A stretch of DNA of 64,000 bases from Nitrospirota bacterium. Its GTDB lineage: Bacteria; Nitrospirota; Thermodesulfovibrionia; Thermodesulfovibrionales; UBA9159. The first letter of the stretch is position 1. Every line of letters begins with the position of its first letter. Below the pieces are notes generated by a model. It was not told the DNA's origin, searched no databases, and saw only the letters and a program-made list of their open reading frames with translations. Made by a program: the position numbers and the translations under genes. The stretch spans positions 64,001 to 128,000 of the forward strand of contig CAVOUE010000004.1 of NCBI GenBank assembly GCA_963699545.1, read 5' to 3'. Positions 58,177 through 64,000 of the stretch are shown in pieces.

Positions 58177-59812
58177 ATGAAAGTTGTCAACGCGCAGGAA
58201 ATGCAGGAGATAGACAGAAAGACTATTCGGCAATTCGGTGTCCCCGGGCGCGTTCTGATGGAGCGGGCCGGTGTGGTGGTTGCAAAAAGAGTGATGGAGC
58301 TCTTCGATAGGAAAAAGACCATTGTTCTTGCCGGAGGCGGAAACAACGGCGGTGACGGTCTTGTTGTGGCGAGAGAGTTATTCAATGCTCAGTGGAAGGT
58401 GAAGGTCCTGTTCCTCGCGAAGGAAGATAAACTGAGCCCCGACTGCCGTTTGCAGTTCAGGATCGCAGAACAGATGGGAGTGCCTGTTGAATTCAGGACA
58501 CAGATAACAGGAGCTGATCTTCACGGAGCGGTGGTGGTGGATGCACTGCTGGGTACGGGGTTGAACAAGGATATCGGAGGAGCAATGGCCAGGAGCATCA
58601 TGTTCCTCAATGACTCCGGTTCACCGGTGCTGAGTGTGGACATTCCCTCAGGGGTATCATCGGACTCCGGACAGGTGATGGGCGTTGCGGTGAAGGCTGC
58701 CTGCACGGTCACCTTTGGACTGCCAAAGAGGGGACATCTTCTCCATCCGGGGGCTGATCATACCGGAAGGCTCTTCATCGAGGATATAGGGTTTCCCGAA
58801 GACGTCCTCACGTCAGATGAACTCAAGGTGGAACTCCTGGAGAAGGACGCCCTCTCACATCTCGTTCCCGAAAGGCCGAGGTACTCGCACAAGGGAGATT
58901 ACGGTCATGTCCTCGTTGTAGCCGGATCGAGGGGCAAGACAGGGGCGGCGTTCATGGCGGCAAAGGCATGTTTGAGATCGGGCGCGGGACTCGTCACCCT
59001 TGGCGTCCCTGAGTCCCTCATGGATGTTTTTCAGGGCCGTGTGACCGAGGAGATGACCCTTCCTCTCCCTGACAGGGGAGACGGCACCCTTTCGTCACGT
59101 GCAGAGGATACGATCCTGAGGTTCCTGGCGGAAAAAGCGGATGTGTTATGCATCGGTCCCGGGATCGGGGTCTCGGATGAAACAGGGAAGCTCATGGCAG
59201 ATATCATTCTCTCCTCAAGGGCCCCTCTGGTGGTTGACGCTGACGGCATTAATTCATTGAGTGAGGCAACAGGGAAAGGGCAGGGGGCGCGGGAGATACT
59301 GAAAAAGGCCCATTCCCCTGTAATTCTGACTCCCCATCCCGGAGAAATGGCGCGGCTGCTCCAGGGGGCAAGGGGCAAACAGCAGGGAGGAAAGAGAAGG
59401 GCAACTGCAGGCTTCCCGCTTCGGCGGGTCGCCCGAGGTGGCAACCTGCGCGATGCAATAGAAAAGGACCGGATCAGCGCGGCAGTGAACTTCTCGAAGG
59501 AAGCCGCTCTCTATCTCATCCTCAAGGGTGTCCCCACGATCGTTACCGAACCGGAAGGCAGGGCATATATCAATCCCACGGGTAACCCCGGCATGGCTAC
59601 GGCCGGTGCAGGAGGACGTGCTTGCCGGCATGGTCTCGTCCTTTCTTGCACAAGGATTAGATCCCCTGAACTCGGCAATGCTCGGCGTGTTCATGCATGG
59701 CCTCGCGGGGGATCTCGCTGCTCAGGAGAAGGGCATGCATCCCCTCATCTCATCCGACATCATCGATGCACTGCCCGCCGCCTTTAGATCCATGGGGAAT
59801 GATGGAGCATAA
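58177..59812 (+). CDS. nnr: Bifunctional NAD(P)H-hydrate epimerase/dehydratase; frameshift near 59610
   Basis: LMERAG, GNNGGDG, VDIPSG, HKGDYG, DADG, LTPHPGEMARL, GNPGMATAG. Confidence 0.94.
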
Positions 59813-59878
59813 CAAATTCTTTAGGACAGGTGAGCTCACATAGAAACCCTCATCTTTCCCGAGGTCTTCGGCAGCAGG

Positions 59879-60517
59879 GTGAAGGCGTTCTTTACCGGGA
59901 AAATACCTGGTGCGGATCCGCAGCGCATATCAGAAATCGCCTCAGTCAGTAGACAGAATGTCTACTTTCCGATCCAGAAACATACCGACAAAATACTTCT
60001 GCTCGATTCCTTTGAACCAAGGATAGGAGATGCAGTGATCACAGACAGAAAAGGCGTGGTGATCGGAGTTCAGGGCGCGGACTGCGTCCCCATCCTTCTC
60101 TACGACAAAAGGACACATGCAACAGGGGCCGTCCACGCAGGGTGGCGCGGGACCGCGGCGGCGATACTTAAGAAGACGGTAAGGGCGATGGGAGAGAGAT
60201 TTTCTTCGTCGCCTTCCGATATCGTCATTGCCCTTGGTCCGGCGATCCGGTGGTGCTGTTACGGCGTTGGCTATGAGGTGGTTGAAGCAGTGGAGAAGGC
60301 TACCGGCACAGGTGACTATTTCACGATGAAGGGGGAAAAATACTGTCTCGACCTTCCATCGGCTAACCGGTATCAGGCCTTCTCAGCAGGTGTCCTGCCG
60401 GAAAATATCTGGATGTCGGATGACTGCACCTCTTGTCAGAATGAAAAATATTATTCACACCGCGTTGCGAAAGGGGCACCGGGGAGACAGGGAGGGTTCA
60501 TAGGCGTTGTCCGGTAA
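59879..60517 (+). CDS. pgeF: PgeF/YfiH laccase-domain protein; start uncertain
   Basis: Q.H, ADCVPILL, HAGWRGT, GPAI..CCY, CT.C....YSHR. Confidence 0.92.
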   Translation: MKAFFTGKIPGADPQRISEIASVSRQNVYFPIQKHTDKILLLDSFEPRIGDAVITDRKGVVIGVQGADCVPILLYDKRTHATGAVHAGWRGTAAAILKKTVRAMGERFSSSPSDIVIALGPAIRWCCYGVGYEVVEAVEKATGTGDYFTMKGEKYCLDLPSANRYQAFSAGVLPENIWMSDDCTSCQNEKYYSHRVAKGAPGRQGGFIGVVR

Positions 60518-60528
60518 AGGGTCGGCTT

Positions 60529-60726
60529 TTATTCTCTTTTGCTCAACACCTGTATCGCTAAAGGGACTGTGCTGATCGCTCCAATAATCAAAAGTGTCCA
60601 CCCTAGAGTTCTTCTCTGATCATCATTCAGTCTATTTGCCAATAACAGACCGGCCCCTGCTCCCAGCATGCCGCGTGTACCCGCTATAAGGGCGATTTCC
60701 GGTAATGTTAATGCCGCTTTCTTCAT
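60529..60726 (-). CDS. Small membrane protein
   Basis: GAAGGAGG RBS; TRGMLG.G.GLL and R..LGW.L..IGA.ST.P. Confidence 0.75.
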   Translation of the reverse strand: MKKAALTLPEIALIAGTRGMLGAGAGLLLANRLNDDQRRTLGWTLLIIGAISTVPLAIQVLSKRE

Positions 60727-60943
60727 AGTTCCTCCTTCGATAATGTAATAGTACCAGTTCCTTGACGTGATGGCTACGGTACGATAGCGTGCACTTGAAA
60801 AAATGTTACTGGTCGATATTCCGATGAGAAATGCCCACGAGGGGTGGGTTTCCATGCCCGCGGTTCTCAGGTGATAGTGGACATTACAGCGGGAAGAGAA
60901 GTCCAGACTGTGGAAAGTGCCTGCACGTTGCTCTGAAGAAGCT

Positions 60944-61453
60944 TTATCCGGCCCATGGCATCCTGGAATAGATTTCAGTCAATTTGTCACGATACTCCCG
61001 AAAGAAACGTTCGTGCCTTTTTTCCCAATCAGAGAGCATGGTAAGCGCCTCTCTGGCCTTCCCTTCTGTCTGACGTGCCATCTTTTCATAGAAGTCGCTC
61101 AGATCCTTCTCAATCAGCCAGGCCACGCTGAAAATGGTGATATCGGTAACCATCGATTCATACAGGCGCTGCTGAAGAAATTCCGATCTGGCCCGCTCAT
61201 CAAAGAAATTCGTCCTGCCGAGGTCAACGTCCTTCGCTATCTTCACGTCATCCAGGGTTCCACGCTTCAGCGCGGCGAGGATCTCCTTGATAAAGAGGAT
61301 ATGCCGCTCTTCCTCCTTGATCAACAGCTCAAAGGCACTTATCGCATCTCCCCATGCCATTCGTTGAAGAGAAGTCTGGAAAAAGCTCTTGCCGGTCTCC
61401 TCCTGGTTTAGTGCATATTCGAAAATCCTCATCAGTTGCTGATTGGCTGGCAC
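60944..61453 (-). CDS. Rubrerythrin/ferritin-like protein
   Basis: EEERH and WEKRH di-iron motifs; AAGGAGG RBS. Confidence 0.9.
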   Translation of the reverse strand: MPANQQLMRIFEYALNQEETGKSFFQTSLQRMAWGDAISAFELLIKEEERHILFIKEILAALKRGTLDDVKIAKDVDLGRTNFFDERARSEFLQQRLYESMVTDITIFSVAWLIEKDLSDFYEKMARQTEGKAREALTMLSDWEKRHERFFREYRDKLTEIYSRMPWAG

Positions 61454-61711
61454 GGCGTCCTCCTTTTAAGACGGTTCTTGTTTAGCTTAGTTCTTATGCA
61501 GGGAAAAATCAAATTCTGTATCCCTCAGACGTCTCCCATGATTCAAACGTATGTCCACCCTCATTATATCAGAACATCAGATCGGCCTTGATGACCCATG
61601 CAACCCGAAATTATTGTCCGGCATCTGTTCTCGGGTGGCTGATTTGTTGTATGATGTAGAAAGGATTTCTCTCACGGCTATGATAGTTCACCTCAATACG
61701 ATAAAGGAGTA

Positions 61712-62173
61712 ATGATGCTCAAGGCAAAGGACATAATGACGAAGGATGTGATCACGGTTTTGCCGGACGCCACGGTGGAGGAGCTGGGAAGGCTCTTCAT
61801 CGAGAAACAGATTAGCGGCGCACCGGTGGTGGATACGGCGGGAAAGCTTCTCGGCGTCGTGACCGAAAATGACCTCATCAGCAAGAACAGCAGGCTCCAT
61901 ATCCCCACGGTCCTACGACTCTTTGACGCGTTCATTCCCCTGGGCGCCGGCAAGCTGGAAAGGGAGATGAGGAAGATGACCGCGTCCACCGTGAGCGAGG
62001 TCTGCGTGAAAAGGGTTGTGACCATCGATGAAGAGACCCCGATCGACGAAATCGCCACCATCATGAACGAAAAGAAGATCCATCTCCTTCCCGTGGTGAA
62101 AGCGGGGAGAATAGTGGGAATCATTGGCAAGAAAGACCTTATCAGGGGCATTGCCGGTGAAAATCCTGAGTAA
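61712..62173 (+). CDS. CBS domain protein
   Basis: Two CBS repeats (AKDIMT, ISGAPVVD, LLPVV, GII). Confidence 0.92.
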   Translation: MMLKAKDIMTKDVITVLPDATVEELGRLFIEKQISGAPVVDTAGKLLGVVTENDLISKNSRLHIPTVLRLFDAFIPLGAGKLEREMRKMTASTVSEVCVKRVVTIDEETPIDEIATIMNEKKIHLLPVVKAGRIVGIIGKKDLIRGIAGENPE

Positions 62174-62606
62174 CGGGCCCGAGGAAACGTTCAGGTGCGG
62201 CTTTACTTTGGGAAAGCGCCTCAGGAAGGGAGATACGGTCTGTCTTTTCGGGGAACTGGGAGCAGGCAAGACTACGTTCGTGAAGGGCATTGCCTCGGCG
62301 TTGGGCATTCCTGAGAGGGAGGTCACCAGCGCCAGTTTCACCATTATTGCGGAATATACGGGAACCGTGAATGAAGCTTGTCTGCCTTTCTACCATATCG
62401 ACCTTTACCGGCTTCACGGAGCTGGTGAACTTGATTCCACCGGCATAGAGGAGTATATTGGTAAGGACGGAATTTCGGTCGTCGAGTGGGCCGAGAGACT
62501 GGGCGGGGTGGAAGGCTCTGTATCTGTGAAGTTTGCCATAGTGGCCGAGGACAAAAGGGAGATCACCATCGAGGGAATGGATGAAGCGGATCGGAATAAT
62601 CTGTAA
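62157..62606 (+). CDS. tsaE: tRNA t6A biosynthesis ATPase
   Basis: GELGAGKTTF, HIDLYRL, VEWAE. Confidence 0.95.
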   Translation: MKILSNGPEETFRCGFTLGKRLRKGDTVCLFGELGAGKTTFVKGIASALGIPEREVTSASFTIIAEYTGTVNEACLPFYHIDLYRLHGAGELDSTGIEEYIGKDGISVVEWAERLGGVEGSVSVKFAIVAEDKREITIEGMDEADRNNL

Positions 62607-63432
62607 GACCGGGCGACCTGAAGCTGTTGAGATCCTTCGGGAGCTTCTGCCGTGGCTCAGAGAGAAGGGCGCAGAGGTCTTTATTGATATCGAGACCGCC
62701 CGATCCCTTGACGTAAAGGGGTATCCGCGTCCCGAAATACCGCCCCTCTCTGAAGCGGTGGTGGTGTTCGGCGGCGACGGGACCATGCTCTCCGTTGCCC
62801 GGATCGCCTGCGAAAAGGATATCCCCATTCTGGGCGTAAACCTGGGAGGCCTTGGGTTCATAACCGAAGTCCAGAGGACCGAGGTGTTTGACGCCATGGA
62901 AGGGATACTCTCCGGGCAAAGCGTGATTGAAGAACGTCTCATGCTCACCGCCTCTGTCCACAGGCACGGTGAAAAGATCGCTGAATATACGGCGCTCAAC
63001 GATGTGGTGATCAATAAGGGGGCCCTCGCAAGGATCATAGAGATGGAGACCCTCGTTGACAGGATGTATGTCACCTCCTTCAGGGCCGACGGATTGATCG
63101 TGGCCACTCCCACGGGCTCCACAGCATACAATCTTTCAGCGGGCGGTCCTATTCTCTACCCCGCCATGGATTGTGTCGTCCTTACGCCCATCTGTCCCCA
63201 CACGCTTACCAACAGACCCATTGTTCTTCCGGACAGTGTGCGGGTGGAGGTTACTCTGAAGTCTCCTGCAGAGGACGTCTTCCTCACCCTTGACGGTCAG
63301 GTGGGATTCTCGATGCGGCAGAACGATACCATTGTGATAGAGAAATCGCCGTTCAAGACGAAGCTCCTTATCCCGCGTGAGAGGAACTTCTTCCAAGTAT
63401 TGAGAAGGAAATTGAAATGGGGAGAACGGTGA
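62581..63432 (+). CDS. nadK: NAD kinase
   Basis: GGDGT, G.LGF, LND, DGLIVATPTGSTAY.LSAGGP. Confidence 0.97.
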   Translation: MKRIGIICKTGRPEAVEILRELLPWLREKGAEVFIDIETARSLDVKGYPRPEIPPLSEAVVVFGGDGTMLSVARIACEKDIPILGVNLGGLGFITEVQRTEVFDAMEGILSGQSVIEERLMLTASVHRHGEKIAEYTALNDVVINKGALARIIEMETLVDRMYVTSFRADGLIVATPTGSTAYNLSAGGPILYPAMDCVVLTPICPHTLTNRPIVLPDSVRVEVTLKSPAEDVFLTLDGQVGFSMRQNDTIVIEKSPFKTKLLIPRERNFFQVLRRKLKWGER

Positions 63433-64000
63433 ACATTGCAGAGGACATAAAGACGCTCCTGCAGTTCTGCCAGTCCCTGGGGTTTGAGAGGCTGCCGATA
63501 CACATTGAAAAGAAGGGGTCAAGGGGGACAGTCTCCGAGCGCCGTATGCCCTACCATGTGCGAACCTCAGAACACGTTTCTGAAGATAACAAAGGTGCGC
63601 TCGCAGCGTTACGTGAAGAGATCGGGGACTGTCAGAGGTGCAAGCTCTCAAAGGGAAGGACCAATATCGTATTCGGCGAAGGCAACTGTGAGGCCGCGCT
63701 GATGTTCATAGGGGAAGGGCCGGGAGAAGATGAGGACATACAGGCCAGACCGTTTGTGGGCAAGGCCGGGCAAACGCTGAGGAGCCTCATCAGGAAGATG
63801 GGGATGAAGGAATCCGATGTCTATATCGCAAACGTCGTCAAATGCAGGCCTCCGGCAAACAGGACGCCGCTGCCTGAGGAGATCGCGACCTGCATCCCTT
63901 TTTTGCAAAAACAGATCGAGATCATATCCCCCAGAATCATCATGCTGCTCGGGAATGTTGCCCTGCAGGGGGTCATGAGCAATCCACACCTGCGGATTAC
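63429..64000 (+). CDS. udg: Family 4 uracil-DNA glycosylase (runs off the window end)
   Basis: Manual translation C.RC.L, VFGEG, GEGPG.DED, PFVGKAG, NVVKCRPP.NR.P. Confidence 0.93.
   Translation, partial: MNIAEDIKTLLQFCQSLGFERLPIHIEKKGSRGTVSERRMPYHVRTSEHVSEDNKGALAALREEIGDCQRCKLSKGRTNIVFGEGNCEAALMFIGEGPGEDEDIQARPFVGKAGQTLRSLIRKMGMKESDVYIANVVKCRPPANRTPLPEEIATCIPFLQKQIEIISPRIIMLLGNVALQGVMSNPHLRI

Noticed and set aside
38718-59812. Programmed frameshifting or phase variation in pilR, dnaE, copA and nnr
   Set aside because: No clear slippery heptamers or long homopolymer tracts were seen at the breaks. Scattered indels that include an essential gene point to sequence error.
476-63989. Numerous antisense or overlapping ORFs in the six-frame track (e.g. 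48937-50334, 56336-57340, 62142-63131)
   Set aside because: They are shadow ORFs opposite well-supported genes and lack independent motifs.

Overview
Bacterial chromosomal window; gene content and order suggest an anaerobic Nitrospirota (Thermodesulfovibrionia-like) or deltaproteobacterium-like organism (inference only). The flanks are housekeeping genes: nadE, rsmI, argJ, dgkA-ybeY-HD-phoH, queA/queH, cooC-like, zapA, slt-like, fdhD, pilB-T-C-S-R, rpmH-yidD-yidC, dnaE-accA, an aldehyde dehydrogenase, copA, nnr, pgeF, tsaE, nadK and udg. The main discovery is a ~15.4 kb accessory island (22481-37894) between the convergent genes fdhD and pilR. It encodes no recognisable integrase or transposase. 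It is built as an array of self-promoted toxin-antitoxin and defence cassettes separated by diverged, variably 5'-truncated copies of the 3' end of fdhD (four copies). The same architecture recurs for pilR and for one cargo gene. Most junctions lie 8-13 nt downstream of a TG(T/A)CCC motif, and the fdhD copies end in an ACCTGAWA-N6-AC motif. Other notable items are a c-di-GMP-I riboswitch upstream of an IPTL-CTERM surface protein and exosortase H, an unannotated UxxC selenoprotein glutaredoxin, a candidate anti-SD sRNA, a shared hairpin motif inserted in frame in queA and nnr, and absence of rnpA from the rpmH operon. Several frameshifts in core genes look like sequencing or assembly errors. 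All alignments and motif matches were made by eye.
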